A stretch of DNA of 53,115 nt from Ignavibacteriales bacterium (lineage in GTDB: Bacteria > Bacteroidota > Ignavibacteria > UBA10030 > UBA8401), in the NCBI GenBank assembly GCA_016182545.1, contig JACPGG010000024.1:9298-62412 (forward strand), given 5' to 3'. The notes beneath the pieces were generated by a model, which worked only from the letters and a program-made list of their open reading frames with translations, searched no databases and was not told the origin of the DNA. Below, one piece after another: positions 9,138 through 19,265 of this stretch (the stretch's first letter is position 1; every line of letters begins with the position of its first letter). The translations under genes and the position numbers were made by a program.

Positions 9138-9747
9138 CGGAACTCCGCTTTTTGTTTTCCTCCTTCTTTCGCCTTACATCGTCGGATTCTCATCCCCTGA
9201 CTCATCATACTCATATACAGAATCAATGTACGGTATCGGCGGCGGGCAATATGTGTACCATGATTGTTCCGGTGCGCACAAACGGCCATTTGCTGATGTC
9301 GGATTCTATTCAGGGAAAAAATTTGACGGTCCTTACAGGATCGGCATATCACTGGGTGGAGCCTACGTTGGAGACGGAACAGCTCTACCGTTGATATATC
9401 CCGATCTTGCTCTTGATTGGGAAAATTTTTCGATCGGCACAACCGGGATCCGGTTCGGCTCACAAAATAAATTCTACTTGGAGAGCAAATGGGGAGACCA
9501 ACCACCGTTCCTTTCTGGCAAAGGATTTTTGAGAATGGGCTTCGGCTGGAAACCGGATCCATATTCACCGGGATTTTGGATCGGAACGAACGTATTCCCC
9601 TATACAAATACCGGTCTGGCGTTACAAGTAGAGTTCCCTCTTCAAGAGAACAGATCTATTTTTATCAACGGGAGATACGGGATAGATCGTGAGAGTACAT
9701 TTGATGAATATGGTATTTCGTTCGGAATAAGAATATTGACGTACTAA
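9097..9747 (+). CDS. Hypothetical exported / outer-membrane beta-strand protein (start uncertain, 9058 or 9097)
   Basis: Hydrophobic signal-like stretch (LFVFLLLSPYIVG), Gly/aromatic-rich alternating pattern, ends YGISFGIRILTY. Confidence 0.6.
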   Translation: MRSRESSHEQKRRNGTPLFVFLLLSPYIVGFSSPDSSYSYTESMYGIGGGQYVYHDCSGAHKRPFADVGFYSGKKFDGPYRIGISLGGAYVGDGTALPLIYPDLALDWENFSIGTTGIRFGSQNKFYLESKWGDQPPFLSGKGFLRMGFGWKPDPYSPGFWIGTNVFPYTNTGLALQVEFPLQENRSIFINGRYGIDRESTFDEYGISFGIRILTY

Positions 9748-11180
9748 TACTGGACCAATCTTCTTCCCTCTCTCAACAATCGTTCAACTTCATCTTCACT
9801 CCGCCCTTCTGCATAGATCCGTATCATCGGTTCGGTATGCGACGACCGGATGAGCAGCCACCGTGAATCCCCAAAAGAAAATTTTATTCCGGTAAGCACG
9901 TCGTCGTCATACAGTTTTCGTGTTCTGTGGACAAAAAATTCTTCGAGGTTTTTGGACGGATGAAAAAGCTCGCAGCGATGAAGGATTTCCACTCTATCAC
10001 GATCTCCCATTTCAAGATCAATTCTTTTATAGAATAGGTCCCCCACTTCCATTTTAATCTCATCCCAGATCTCGTATAAGGATTTTCCGCTCTTCGCCAG
10101 CAATTCGCAAAACAATAACCCTGACACAATCCCGTCGCGCTCCGGCAAATGCCCTTGTATGCCGAATCCCCCGCTCTCCTCCACTCCGAACAGAAAGTCT
10201 GTCTTCAGCATGATATCTGTGATATTCTTGTACCCCACATTCACGTCGTAGAACGGAAGATTCCATTTTTCGGCGAACAAGCGGACTTTATCCGTAACCG
10301 GAACGGACTTGACTACTGCACCCTTCATTTTTTTATAATGATAGAGATGCCATTGCAGTATCAGGATCGTTTGCTGCACCGACATCCATCTCCCATCGGG
10401 AAAAACGACCGCACAACGATCAGCATCCCCATCGGTTGCAATGCCGAGAATGCTGTCTGTAACGCTGACATTATACTTCAACGGCTCGACATTTTTTTCG
10501 ATCGGTTCGGGATTGCGGTCGTAGAAATTCTGTTCAGGACTTCCAAATATCGTTTGAGCCCGCCATCCGTGCTGTACAAGAATATCTTCAAGTATCGTCT
10601 GACCTGCGCCTCCCATCGAATCGATAATGACACTTGCTGTATTTCTGGGATCGGCAGCGAACGATTTCAACGAATTGAAATCAATCATTGTGTTTATATG
10701 TGTAAGGTAATCGTCGAGAAAATTCTTTTTCACAATGAATGCATCGTTCTGTTTGTTTTCCAGATCATCCGAAAGGAGCTGCGAAATATGTTTCGTCTCT
10801 TCGCCTGTCAGCGGTCCGCCGTACGTCGCTTTAAACTTGATACCGTTGTACGTCGACGGGTTGTGACTTGCAGTGATCATGATTCCTGCCGAACAGTTGA
10901 GATGTTTCGTCGTGTATGACAATACAGGTGTTGGAATGATCCTGTCGGAAAGGATTACATGAATATTGTTCGCTGAGAGAATGTGGGAGAAGAGTTCGGC
11001 AGATCGTTTTGAATCTACCCTGCCGTCATAGCCGACCGCGACGGTGTGTTCCGATGAAGAGCGGCTGTTGAGATGTTTTGCAAATGCCTCCGCTATTCTC
11101 TGTACGTTGTGCTCATTGAATACATCGCCGACAAGAGCGCGCCAGCCGTCCGTGCCGAGTTTAATGTTATTCTTGGACAT
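9744..11180 (-). CDS. Phosphoglucomutase/phosphomannomutase family protein
   Basis: GTDGWR, ITASHNP (catalytic Ser), DGDADR (metal loop), EESGG, IRSSHTEP. Confidence 0.93.
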   Translation of the reverse strand: MSKNNIKLGTDGWRALVGDVFNEHNVQRIAEAFAKHLNSRSSSEHTVAVGYDGRVDSKRSAELFSHILSANNIHVILSDRIIPTPVLSYTTKHLNCSAGIMITASHNPSTYNGIKFKATYGGPLTGEETKHISQLLSDDLENKQNDAFIVKKNFLDDYLTHINTMIDFNSLKSFAADPRNTASVIIDSMGGAGQTILEDILVQHGWRAQTIFGSPEQNFYDRNPEPIEKNVEPLKYNVSVTDSILGIATDGDADRCAVVFPDGRWMSVQQTILILQWHLYHYKKMKGAVVKSVPVTDKVRLFAEKWNLPFYDVNVGYKNITDIMLKTDFLFGVEESGGFGIQGHLPERDGIVSGLLFCELLAKSGKSLYEIWDEIKMEVGDLFYKRIDLEMGDRDRVEILHRCELFHPSKNLEEFFVHRTRKLYDDDVLTGIKFSFGDSRWLLIRSSHTEPMIRIYAEGRSEDEVERLLREGRRLVQY

Positions 11181-11745
11181 CGCCGGGATGATATTCCAAC
11201 ACTACGGAGAGTGCTTCGAAGTACTGTTCTGTCGGAACAAAAATTTTAACCGGGTATTTGAAGATAGTCCTGCCGAGCGAGTTGTCGATGAATCCGTCGG
11301 CAAGTGTGGCAATGTTGCCGACGTTGCGGGGATTGGTGGAGATGCCGGCATTCTCTAATTTTCCGCGAACGATCTCCGCTTCGATATAATCGCCGGTTTT
11401 AAAGATCACCGCCCATCCTTCCGAAACTTCAACCTCCTTGTGATCGGCACAAAGATAGTTCCCGTTTTTCTTCGTAAGACAATCATTGCAGTATAATTCC
11501 TGGCAAATAACGCAGACTCCGGTTGCAACGGCGATCGGATGTTTGGTGCATGAGTATTGATCCTCGGCGAACAATGTTCCGCAGAAAGGACAAAAATCCG
11601 AATCCAACCCTATGTCGACTCCGCACTCGTCACACACATCCATCGGTTCCGGCTCAGGTAGTTTATCAACAAGTGGAATTCCGCACTCGGCGCACAGATC
11701 CGCTTCGTCGGTATATTCAGTCTTACAGTTCGGGCAGAATTGCAT
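11167..11745 (-). CDS. Hypothetical protein with multiple zinc ribbons and a DUF2007-like C-terminal domain
   Basis: CPNC, CAEC, CDEC, CPFC, C..H, CVIC, CNDC motifs; W..IF......EAEIVRGKLENAGI pattern. Confidence 0.75.
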   Translation of the reverse strand: MQFCPNCKTEYTDEADLCAECGIPLVDKLPEPEPMDVCDECGVDIGLDSDFCPFCGTLFAEDQYSCTKHPIAVATGVCVICQELYCNDCLTKKNGNYLCADHKEVEVSEGWAVIFKTGDYIEAEIVRGKLENAGISTNPRNVGNIATLADGFIDNSLGRTIFKYPVKIFVPTEQYFEALSVVLEYHPGDVQE

Positions 11746-11750
11746 CGCGT

Positions 11751-11885
11751 AAATTCCAAAGTGTCAAGTTCGGAATATCAAATTCCAAAATACAACCTCA
11801 AAATTGTGAACAGATGTTTTACTGTTGGTATTGAAAATTGGATTTGGAATATTATTTGTATTTTGTTATTTGGTGCTTGGAATTT
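11751..11885. repeat. Heptamer-repeat imperfect hairpin (AAATTCCAAA...TTGGTGCTTGGAATTT)
   Basis: CAAATTC-like units on the left arm and TTGGAAT/TTGGTGC-like units on the right arm; fills the gap downstream of ychF. Confidence 0.65.
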
Positions 11886-12979
11886 TATACATTGAATCTA
11901 AAATGACAAATATCTCCATCCTGCATCACGTATTCACGCCCTTCTACGTGAAGCAAGCCATTCTCTTTGACCGCTGCTTCAGTCTTTAAACGGAAGAGAT
12001 CTTCGCATTTCATGATCTCAGCACGGATGAACCCTTTTTCAAAATCGGTATGGATCACTCCCGCAGCTTCCGGTGCGAGTGCACCTTTCCGTAATGTCCA
12101 CGCGTGTGTTTCTTTGGGACCGGCGGTGAAAAATGTTATCAAGCCGAGCAGTTCCATCCCCTCACGTACCACTTGCTGCAAACCGGACTCCTTCAGACCA
12201 AGTCCTTCTAAAAATTCGCCGCGTTCTGCTAAAGGAAGTTCAGCAACTTCTGCTTCAACGGCAGCACTGACAATAACTACTTTGGCTCCTTCTTTTGCGG
12301 CGATCTCCCGGACCTGTTCTACATACTTGTTACCGGCTGTAATTTCCTTTTCGTGAACATTGCATACATACATGACCGGTTTATTTGTCAACAGGTGCAT
12401 GTCGCGGAGCCATACCTTCTCTTCATCATTCTGCACGGCAGCATATCGGGCAAGCCTTCCGGTAGAAAGATGATCCTTCACCTTGATATAAAAATCCGCT
12501 TCAGGTTTCGATTTCTTGTCGCTCTTTGCGCGGCGTTCTGCATCTTGAATTTTCTTGTCGATCGTCTCGAGATCTTTCAGGATCAATTCTGTCTCGATTA
12601 CCTCAATGTCTCGCTTCGGGTTGACGCTCCCGTCGACGTGAATGACATTCGGATCGTCAAAGCACCGAACCACATGCACGATCGCATCAACATCACGAAT
12701 GTGAGAAAGGAACTGGTTGCCGAGTCCTTCTCCTTTGCTCGCCCCTTTAACAAGTCCTGCAATATCCACAAACTCGATCGACGACGGAACGATCTTCACC
12801 GAACTGTAAATCTTTACAAGTTTATCGATCCGCTCATCCTGAACAAGGACAACTCCGACATTCGGCTCGATCGTACAAAACGGATAATTAGCCGCCTCTG
12901 CACCGGCGGCTGTGATTGCATTAAAGAGAGTTGATTTACCAACATTTGGGAGACCGACGATACCGCAATTAAAACCCAT
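11885..12979 (-). CDS. ychF: Redox-regulated ATPase YchF
   Basis: GIVGLPNVGKST, ANYPFCTIEPN, DIAGLVKGASKGEGLGNQFL, TGS-domain C-terminus HFRFNV. Confidence 0.98.
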   Translation of the reverse strand: MGFNCGIVGLPNVGKSTLFNAITAAGAEAANYPFCTIEPNVGVVLVQDERIDKLVKIYSSVKIVPSSIEFVDIAGLVKGASKGEGLGNQFLSHIRDVDAIVHVVRCFDDPNVIHVDGSVNPKRDIEVIETELILKDLETIDKKIQDAERRAKSDKKSKPEADFYIKVKDHLSTGRLARYAAVQNDEEKVWLRDMHLLTNKPVMYVCNVHEKEITAGNKYVEQVREIAAKEGAKVVIVSAAVEAEVAELPLAERGEFLEGLGLKESGLQQVVREGMELLGLITFFTAGPKETHAWTLRKGALAPEAAGVIHTDFEKGFIRAEIMKCEDLFRLKTEAAVKENGLLHVEGREYVMQDGDICHFRFNV

Positions 12980-13115
12980 ATTTCAATTACCAATTTTCAA
13001 TAAACAATTACCAAAGAGAGACTCTCATGGAGTGAATTGCATAAAGATACGGAAAATTTGGGGCGTTCCAAAGTGAAGGATGACAGAGCAGGGGGTAAGA
13101 ATTTTAAATTTTTGA

Positions 13116-13153
13116 ATTGCATAATTATTCATTTGAATGTATATTTATGCAAC
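13116..13153 (+). promoter_or_regulatory. Tandem ArgR operator (two ARG boxes) overlapping the argC promoter
   Basis: atTGCATAATTATTCAtt (13116-13133) and aaTGTATATTTATGCAac (13136-13153), 2-bp spacer. They overlap TTGCAT-17bp-TATATT; argR is in the operon. Confidence 0.85.
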
Positions 13154-14179
13154 ATGAAAAAGAACACATCTATCATTGGCGCATCGGGATATTCAGGAGC
13201 GGAATTGCTTTCCATTTTATTGCGTCATCCTCAGATCAATGTGACAAGAGTTTTTGCCAATTCATCTGCAGGGAAAAAAGTCAGTGAACTGTACCCGCTT
13301 TTCAGATCGACTTATGTGGGAACCTTGACGTACGAGGAATATGCTCTCGACAAAATTCAATCTGATGATATCATCTTCATCGCACTCCCATCGGGCGAGG
13401 CGATGAACTACGTCCCCGCATTAGTGGATGCAGGAAAGAAAGTGATCGATCTCGGCGGCGATTTTAGATTGCAGGATACTACACTCTATCAGAAATATTA
13501 CAAACATGAGCATATGGCAGCAGCATATCTTCCGAAAGCTGTGTATGGGCTACCGGAATGGAATAAGAAAAAAATAATCCCGGCACAACTGATTGCGAAT
13601 CCCGGCTGCTACGTTACAAGTGCATTGCTGCCGTTGCTGCCTCTTGTAAAAGAGAATCTTATCGAGCCGACTGGAATCACCATTAGCTCGATGTCGGGCG
13701 TTTCGGGTGCAGGACGCAAATCGTCAATCGATCTCTCTTTCACAGAAGTCAATGAATCAGTAAAAGCATACAAAGTGGGGACTCATCAACATACGCCTGA
13801 AATCGAGACCGTATTGAGAGATTTCGGAGGGAAGGACTCAACGGTAACGTTCGCACCACATCTCATCCCGATCACACGGGGAATTTATTCCTCAATTTAT
13901 GTTACGCCAAAATCCGGTCTGACAAACGATATACTCGATGCCTCGTACAAAAAATATTATACGTCAGCTCCCTTTGTCCGGCTGATCGGCGATGCGGAAC
14001 CTGAAATAAAGAATGTACAGTACACGAACTATATCGATATCGGCTGGAAAATGTATGAACGGAATAATCAGGTCATCCTCCTCTCAGTGATCGATAATCT
14101 TGTGAAAGGCGCTGCCGGGCAGGCGGTCCAAAATATGAACCTGATGTTCGGATTTGATGAAACAGAAAGTCTTTTATAA
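13154..14179 (+). CDS. argC: N-acetyl-gamma-glutamyl-phosphate reductase
   Basis: IIGASGYSGAEL, IANPGCY, SGVSGAGR, DNLVKGAAGQAVQNMN. Start set at ATG 13154 right after the ARG boxes. Confidence 0.97.
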   Translation: MKKNTSIIGASGYSGAELLSILLRHPQINVTRVFANSSAGKKVSELYPLFRSTYVGTLTYEEYALDKIQSDDIIFIALPSGEAMNYVPALVDAGKKVIDLGGDFRLQDTTLYQKYYKHEHMAAAYLPKAVYGLPEWNKKKIIPAQLIANPGCYVTSALLPLLPLVKENLIEPTGITISSMSGVSGAGRKSSIDLSFTEVNESVKAYKVGTHQHTPEIETVLRDFGGKDSTVTFAPHLIPITRGIYSSIYVTPKSGLTNDILDASYKKYYTSAPFVRLIGDAEPEIKNVQYTNYIDIGWKMYERNNQVILLSVIDNLVKGAAGQAVQNMNLMFGFDETESLL

Positions 14180-14195
14180 TCACTAACTCACGTTT

Positions 14196-15413
14196 ATGAA
14201 GAACCTTAAAATAAAAACGGTGTTCGGTGGCGTCTGTGCGCCGCAGGGCTTTATCGCTTCCGGCGTTCGTGCCGGAATAAAAAAATCGAAGAAAGATATT
14301 ACTTTGATTTATTCCGAAGTACCCGCGCTCGCAACAGGCGTATTTACAAAAAGTGCTACTGTCGCCGCGTGTGTTACGCTCAATCAGAAGCAATTGAAAA
14401 ACTCCAAAACGGCACGGGTAATTCTCGTTAACAGCGGTAACGCGAACGCGTGTACAGGCGAGCGGGGAATGATGAATGCTAAACAGTCTATTTCTACTGT
14501 TTCTTCAGCGCTGAGCATTAAGGAATCCCAGGTGTTGGTTGCCTCCACCGGAGTCATTGGGCAATTTCTGCCGATGGATAAAATGACGCTCGGTATCTAT
14601 GAAGCGGCAAAAATTCTGAGCAAAGACGGGAACGATGACGCCGCCGAAGGGATTTGCACGACCGATACGTTCCCGAAAGAATTCGCGGTGGAAATCGAGA
14701 TCGGCGGAGTTCCTGTGCGGATTGGCGGTATCGCAAAAGGATCCGGCATGATCGCCCCGAACATGGCAACGATGCTGGCATTTGTAACAACAGACGTAAA
14801 AATATCTTATCCCCTGTTAAGAAAAACGTTCAAACAGGCAAATGACAAATCATTCAACCGGATCACGGTTGACGGCGATACGAGTACGAATGACATGGCA
14901 CTTATACTTGCCAACGGAAAAGCTGAGAACAAAGAGATCAAAGAAGGAACGTCGGATTATAAGCTGTTTTCTTCCGCATTGGAACATGTTATGGTTGTTC
15001 TTTCAAAGATGATCGTGAAGGACGGTGAAGGAGCGACCAAATTTGTCGAGGTGACGGTCACCGGCGCAAAGAGTGTCGCCGATGCGGAAATCGCCTGCCG
15101 CACAATCTGCAATTCCCCACTTGTAAAGACGGCGATCCACGGCGAAGATGCGAACTGGGGAAGAATTCTTGCTGCCGTCGGCAGATCGGGAATTAAATTC
15201 AATCCCGCGCACGCTGAAATATTTTTTGACGACATGAGGATTCTCGGGAGGAATTACGAAATCAATTTTTCAGAAGAAAAGGCGAAAGAAATCTTGCAGA
15301 AAAAAGAAGTTACGATCACTGTCGATTTGAACGGCGGAAAACATTCCGCTACGTTCTGGACATGCGATTTATCCGCTGAATATGTTAGAATAAATGCATC
15401 GTATAGAAGTTAA
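14196..15413 (+). CDS. argJ: Bifunctional glutamate N-acetyltransferase / ornithine acetyltransferase
   Basis: [52 protein letters not shown]. Confidence 0.97.
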   Translation: MKNLKIKTVFGGVCAPQGFIASGVRAGIKKSKKDITLIYSEVPALATGVFTKSATVAACVTLNQKQLKNSKTARVILVNSGNANACTGERGMMNAKQSISTVSSALSIKESQVLVASTGVIGQFLPMDKMTLGIYEAAKILSKDGNDDAAEGICTTDTFPKEFAVEIEIGGVPVRIGGIAKGSGMIAPNMATMLAFVTTDVKISYPLLRKTFKQANDKSFNRITVDGDTSTNDMALILANGKAENKEIKEGTSDYKLFSSALEHVMVVLSKMIVKDGEGATKFVEVTVTGAKSVADAEIACRTICNSPLVKTAIHGEDANWGRILAAVGRSGIKFNPAHAEIFFDDMRILGRNYEINFSEEKAKEILQKKEVTITVDLNGGKHSATFWTCDLSAEYVRINASYRS

Positions 15414-15472
15414 AAGTCAAAAATTAGCAAGTGACTATTTTGATTTTAACTTAACACTTTTGACTTATCATT

Positions 15473-16312
15473 ATGCAATCCAAAGAAGAAATTTTAATTG
15501 AAGCCCTCCCCTACATACAAAAATATGAGGGAAAAACATTTGTTGTAAAGTACGGCGGTGCCGCGCAGACCGAAACGGAACTGAAGCAGCGGTTTGCGAA
15601 GGATGTCACGATACTGAAAAAGATCGGCATCAATATCGTCATCGTCCACGGCGGCGGTAAAGAGATCACCGACACTGCATACAAACTTGGGATCGAGACG
15701 CAGTTTGTCAACGGGCATCGCTTTACCGATCAAAAGATGGTCGATGTCGTGCAAATGGTTCTCGCAGGAAAGATCAATAAAGAGATCGTCAATCTGATCA
15801 ATCAGAACGACGGCGAGGCGGTCGGCATCAGTGGTGTCGACAACACACTTCTCACTGCAGAAAAATATCTCGAAGATGGCGAGGATATCGGTTTGGTCGG
15901 GAAAATTGTCAATGTGAATATTCCGTTCCTCCAAATGCTTCTCACAAATAAATTGATGCCGGTGATCGCGCCGTTCGGAGTCGGGACCGACGGAACGATC
16001 TTTAATGTCAACGCCGATCTTGCTGCTGCAGCAGTCGCCTCCGCATTGAAAGCGGAGAAGCTCGTTTACCTCAGCGATGTCGAAGGTGTCATCGCCAATA
16101 AGCAGTTGGTCTCGACGCTGACCGAACAATATGCACGCGAACTGTTCAGCGACGGCATCATCAGCGGCGGCATGATCCCGAAAATCAAATCGGCATTTTC
16201 CACGCTGCATTCCGGGGTCAAAAAGGTCCATATGATCGACGGACGGAAAAAGCATTCCCTTCTTCTCGAGATATTTACCGATGAAGGAATTGGAACGGAA
16301 CTAGTATTATAA
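15473..16312 (+). CDS. argB: Acetylglutamate kinase
   Basis: EALPYI, VVKYGG, VHGGG, NVNADLAA, GGMIPKI, HSLLLEIFTDEGIGT. Confidence 0.97.
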   Translation: MQSKEEILIEALPYIQKYEGKTFVVKYGGAAQTETELKQRFAKDVTILKKIGINIVIVHGGGKEITDTAYKLGIETQFVNGHRFTDQKMVDVVQMVLAGKINKEIVNLINQNDGEAVGISGVDNTLLTAEKYLEDGEDIGLVGKIVNVNIPFLQMLLTNKLMPVIAPFGVGTDGTIFNVNADLAAAAVASALKAEKLVYLSDVEGVIANKQLVSTLTEQYARELFSDGIISGGMIPKIKSAFSTLHSGVKKVHMIDGRKKHSLLLEIFTDEGIGTELVL

Positions 16313-16385
16313 TTCCAAGATTATCAAGATTGCAGAATTGTCAAAATTAATCCCGCCAGAATAGACCGGGAAAGAATACAAAAAG

Positions 16386-17339
16386 ATGAAGAAAGATTTT
16401 TTATCCATTGCTGATCTGACAAAAGAAGAAGTATTCGAACTTCTTTCCCTTGCCGATTCGCTCAAGACGCAAAAAGAATTGAAACCGCTTGCCGGTAAAA
16501 CGGTGGCGACAATATTTCAAAAACCATCACTGCGGACTCGCGTCTCATTCGAAGTGGGAATTATCCAATTGGGCGGACATGCAATATTCCTGACCGATGA
16601 CGGAGTCGGATTGGGAACGCGTGAATCCGCACTCGATGTTGCGCATGTCCTCTCGCGATTCAACGACGGAATAGTTGCCCGGGTGTTCGATCACCAATTG
16701 CTGCTCGATCTCGCAAAACATGCGACGGTCCCTGTCATCAATGCCCTTTCCGATCTTTCGCATCCGTGTCAAATTCTCGCCGATATCTATACAATACGGC
16801 AGCATAAAAAATTGCGCGACCATGTGAAAATTGCGTACGTAGGTGATGGGAACAACATCCTCAATTCGTGGCTTGAACTTTCTTCCATTATCCCACTCCA
16901 TTTGACCCTTGCAATTCCCCACGGATATGAACCGGATAAAACGCTCTTCGATAAGGCGCAGAGCGCGAAAGTCAGCAAGATCGAGATCATCCGCGACCCA
17001 AAAAACGCAGTGAACAAAGCGGACGTAGTCTATACTGATACGTGGACGAGCATGGGACAGGAGAAAGAAAGAACAAAGCGAATCTACGATTTCTGGGAAT
17101 ATCAGGTGAACACATCATTGATTCGTCACGCAAAAGAAGATGTCCTGGTGATGCACTGCCTCCCCGCTCATCGCGGCGAAGAAATAACAAACGAGGCGCT
17201 CGACGGAAAGAATTCCGTCGTGAACGATCAAGCAGAGAATCGGCTGCACGTACAAAAAGCGATCATGGCAAAGTTGATTGGAAAATATGATGCTCGTTCG
17301 ATCAACTCAAAAGACGATTCGCAGTTCCAAATCATATGA
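16386..17339 (+). CDS. argF: Ornithine carbamoyltransferase
   Basis: PSLRTRVSFE, HPCQ, WTSMGQE, HCLPAHRGEE, QAENRLH. Confidence 0.96.
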   Translation: MKKDFLSIADLTKEEVFELLSLADSLKTQKELKPLAGKTVATIFQKPSLRTRVSFEVGIIQLGGHAIFLTDDGVGLGTRESALDVAHVLSRFNDGIVARVFDHQLLLDLAKHATVPVINALSDLSHPCQILADIYTIRQHKKLRDHVKIAYVGDGNNILNSWLELSSIIPLHLTLAIPHGYEPDKTLFDKAQSAKVSKIEIIRDPKNAVNKADVVYTDTWTSMGQEKERTKRIYDFWEYQVNTSLIRHAKEDVLVMHCLPAHRGEEITNEALDGKNSVVNDQAENRLHVQKAIMAKLIGKYDARSINSKDDSQFQII

Positions 17340-17779
17340 ACAAACTACAACGACATTTTGTAATAAAAGAGATCATTCAAAGTCAGGTCGTCTCAAGTCA
17401 GGAAGAACTCGCCGCGTTGCTGAAGAAGCGGGGATTCGATGTTACGCAAGCTACGCTCTCCCGCGATCTTGCCGAACTCGGCGTTTCAAGGATCCATACC
17501 GAAAAAGGGATGCAGTACACGATCAACGGTCACCATGAAGAAACAAAGATCACTCCTCTTGTAACACGCGAGGTCTCATCTGTCGAACATAATGAAGTAT
17601 TGATCGTCATACGGACACTTCCCGGACGTGCACAGGGTGTCGCGTCGTATCTTGATTCGCTCCGCAATCCGATGATACTCGGTACTGTTGCCGGTGACGA
17701 CACCGTGTTTGTTACGCCTGCATCCGTTAAAAAAATTGCATCAATTGAAAAATATTTAAAAGAACTCTTATTCTCATAA
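17336..17779 (+). CDS. argR: Arginine repressor
   Basis: [23 protein letters not shown]. Confidence 0.97.
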   Translation: MNKLQRHFVIKEIIQSQVVSSQEELAALLKKRGFDVTQATLSRDLAELGVSRIHTEKGMQYTINGHHEETKITPLVTREVSSVEHNEVLIVIRTLPGRAQGVASYLDSLRNPMILGTVAGDDTVFVTPASVKKIASIEKYLKELLFS

Positions 17780-17801
17780 AACCATACAAAGGAAACGTAT
17801 T

Positions 17802-19040
17802 GTGAAAAAACCTAAAATAGCAGTCGCATATTCCGGCGGACTTGACACGTCCGTCATCGTTAAGTGGCTTCAGGAAAAATACAATGCCGACGTCATCACC
17901 GTTACAGGAAATCTCGGACAGAAAAAAGAATTGATCGGTGTACCGGAGAAAGCATATAAATCCGGTGCGAAGAAAGTCTTCATGCAGAATCTTGAAAAAG
18001 AATTCGTGTACGATTACATCTTCCCCGCCCTGAAAGCGGGCGCATTGTACGAACATACATATCCGATGGCAACATCACTCGGCAGGCCGCTGCTTGCAAA
18101 AGCATTGGTAGAAGTTGCACAACGGGAAAAATGCACACATGTTGCCCACGGTTGCACAGGCAAAGGGAACGACCAGGTCCGTTTTGAAGTGACCGTGATG
18201 GCGCTGGCACCGGAAATAAAAGTGATTGCACCGCTGCGTGAATGGGAATTCAAATCGCGTGAAGAGGAAGTTGAATATTGCCAGAAACACGGAATCCCTG
18301 TAAAGGCAACAAAAGAAAGCCCGTATTCCATTGATGAAAATATCTGGGGAACGAGCATCGAGTGCGGCATTCTTGAAGATCCGATGGAAGTCGGACCGGA
18401 AGATGCATATACCCGCACTGTCTCTCCACAAAATGCACCCGACAAACCGACGTATGTGACTATTGAATTTAAAGAAGGAATTCCGGTAAGTCTGAACGGG
18501 AAAAAAATGGACGGCGTTTCGCTCATTCACAAACTGAATGAGATAGCCGGTGCGAACGGCGTTGGGCGTCTTGATCTTGTCGAGAACCGTCTCGTCGGCA
18601 TCAAGTCCCGCGAAATTTACGAAGCACCCGCTGCTGTCACGCTGCATTTCGCACACCGTGAATTGGAACGGCTGACACTGGACAAAGAAGTGATGCACTA
18701 CAAGGCAAAACTCTCCAATGACTACGCAGACATCATTTACAACGGAACATGGTTCTCGCCGCTCAAGAAAGCGCTGGATGGATTCATCAACGAAACCCAG
18801 AAAAATGTTACAGGACTCGTCAAATTAAAACTCTATAAAGGAAATGTCGAAATTGCAGGACGCACATCGCCGTACTCCCTTTATGACATGAAACTAGCAA
18901 CATACACTGTTGCAGATCAGTTCGATCATACTGCGGCGGAAGGATTCATCAAGATCTACGGTTTAGGGTTGAAAACTTACAACCGGGTGAATAAAGAGAA
19001 GTTTGCAAAGGTGAAGAAGGCGTTGAAGAGGAAGAAGTAG
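17802..19040 (+). CDS. argG: Argininosuccinate synthase
   Basis: [39 protein letters not shown]. Confidence 0.98.
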   Translation: MKKPKIAVAYSGGLDTSVIVKWLQEKYNADVITVTGNLGQKKELIGVPEKAYKSGAKKVFMQNLEKEFVYDYIFPALKAGALYEHTYPMATSLGRPLLAKALVEVAQREKCTHVAHGCTGKGNDQVRFEVTVMALAPEIKVIAPLREWEFKSREEEVEYCQKHGIPVKATKESPYSIDENIWGTSIECGILEDPMEVGPEDAYTRTVSPQNAPDKPTYVTIEFKEGIPVSLNGKKMDGVSLIHKLNEIAGANGVGRLDLVENRLVGIKSREIYEAPAAVTLHFAHRELERLTLDKEVMHYKAKLSNDYADIIYNGTWFSPLKKALDGFINETQKNVTGLVKLKLYKGNVEIAGRTSPYSLYDMKLATYTVADQFDHTAAEGFIKIYGLGLKTYNRVNKEKFAKVKKALKRKK

Positions 19041-19061
19041 CCTCGACCTTTATGGTCGAGG
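19037..19061 (+). repeat. GTAG-type REP-like hairpin
   Basis: GTAG followed by CCTCGACC-TTTAT-GGTCGAGG (perfect 8-bp stem). The TAG of GTAG is the argG stop codon. Confidence 0.65.
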
Positions 19062-19089
19062 AAGATTATCAGACATTTAGATGTTAAAC

Positions 19090-19116
19090 AAAACCCGCTC
19101 AATGAGCGGGTTTTTT
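19090..19116 (+). terminator. Intrinsic (probably bidirectional) terminator after argG
   Basis: AAAACCCGCTC-AAT-GAGCGGGTTTTTT. Confidence 0.85.
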
Positions 19117-19125
19117 GTTTTGCTG

Positions 19126-19182
19126 TTCTTCGACAGTTTAACTGTCGAAGAAGATCCTGTGCGAGAGTTAAACTCTCGCACA
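19126..19182. repeat. Composite double-palindrome element, family B
   Basis: TTCTTCGACAGTT-T-AACTGTCGAAGAA (19126-19152) plus TGTGCGAGAGTT-A-AACTCTCGCACA (19158-19182). An inverted copy lies at 46615-46672. Confidence 0.85.
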
Positions 19183-19187
19183 ACGGA

Positions 19188-19217
19188 ATGAAGTAGGCAT
19201 TGAAGAGAAAGAAGTAA
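19188..19217 (+). repeat. Degenerate direct repeat of the last 30 bp of argG
   Basis: ATGAAGTAGGCATTGAAGAGAAAGAAGTAA versus GTGAAGAAGGCGTTGAAGAGGAAGAAGTAG (19011-19040): 25/30 identical. Confidence 0.75.
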
Positions 19218-19265
19218 ACAACAGATTCACAGATTAAAATAAAAAAGCTGGCGTGCGTCCGCTTT

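Noticed and set aside
13037-13153. N-terminal extensions of argC (likewise icd, mqnC, ccdA) in the ORF track
   Set aside because: They run through operator, promoter or REP DNA; homology begins at the downstream ATG.
15494-16255. Long antisense ORFs (also 3860-4681, 10149-10919, 28260-28907, 37320-37922)
   Set aside because: They lie opposite well-conserved genes, have no recognisable motifs, and are expected from codon bias.
16386-17339. SLRTR motif suggesting an acetyl/succinyl-ornithine transcarbamylase (ArgF')
   Set aside because: The SMG loop, HPCQ and HCLPAHRG match canonical OTC, and argJ supplies ornithine.
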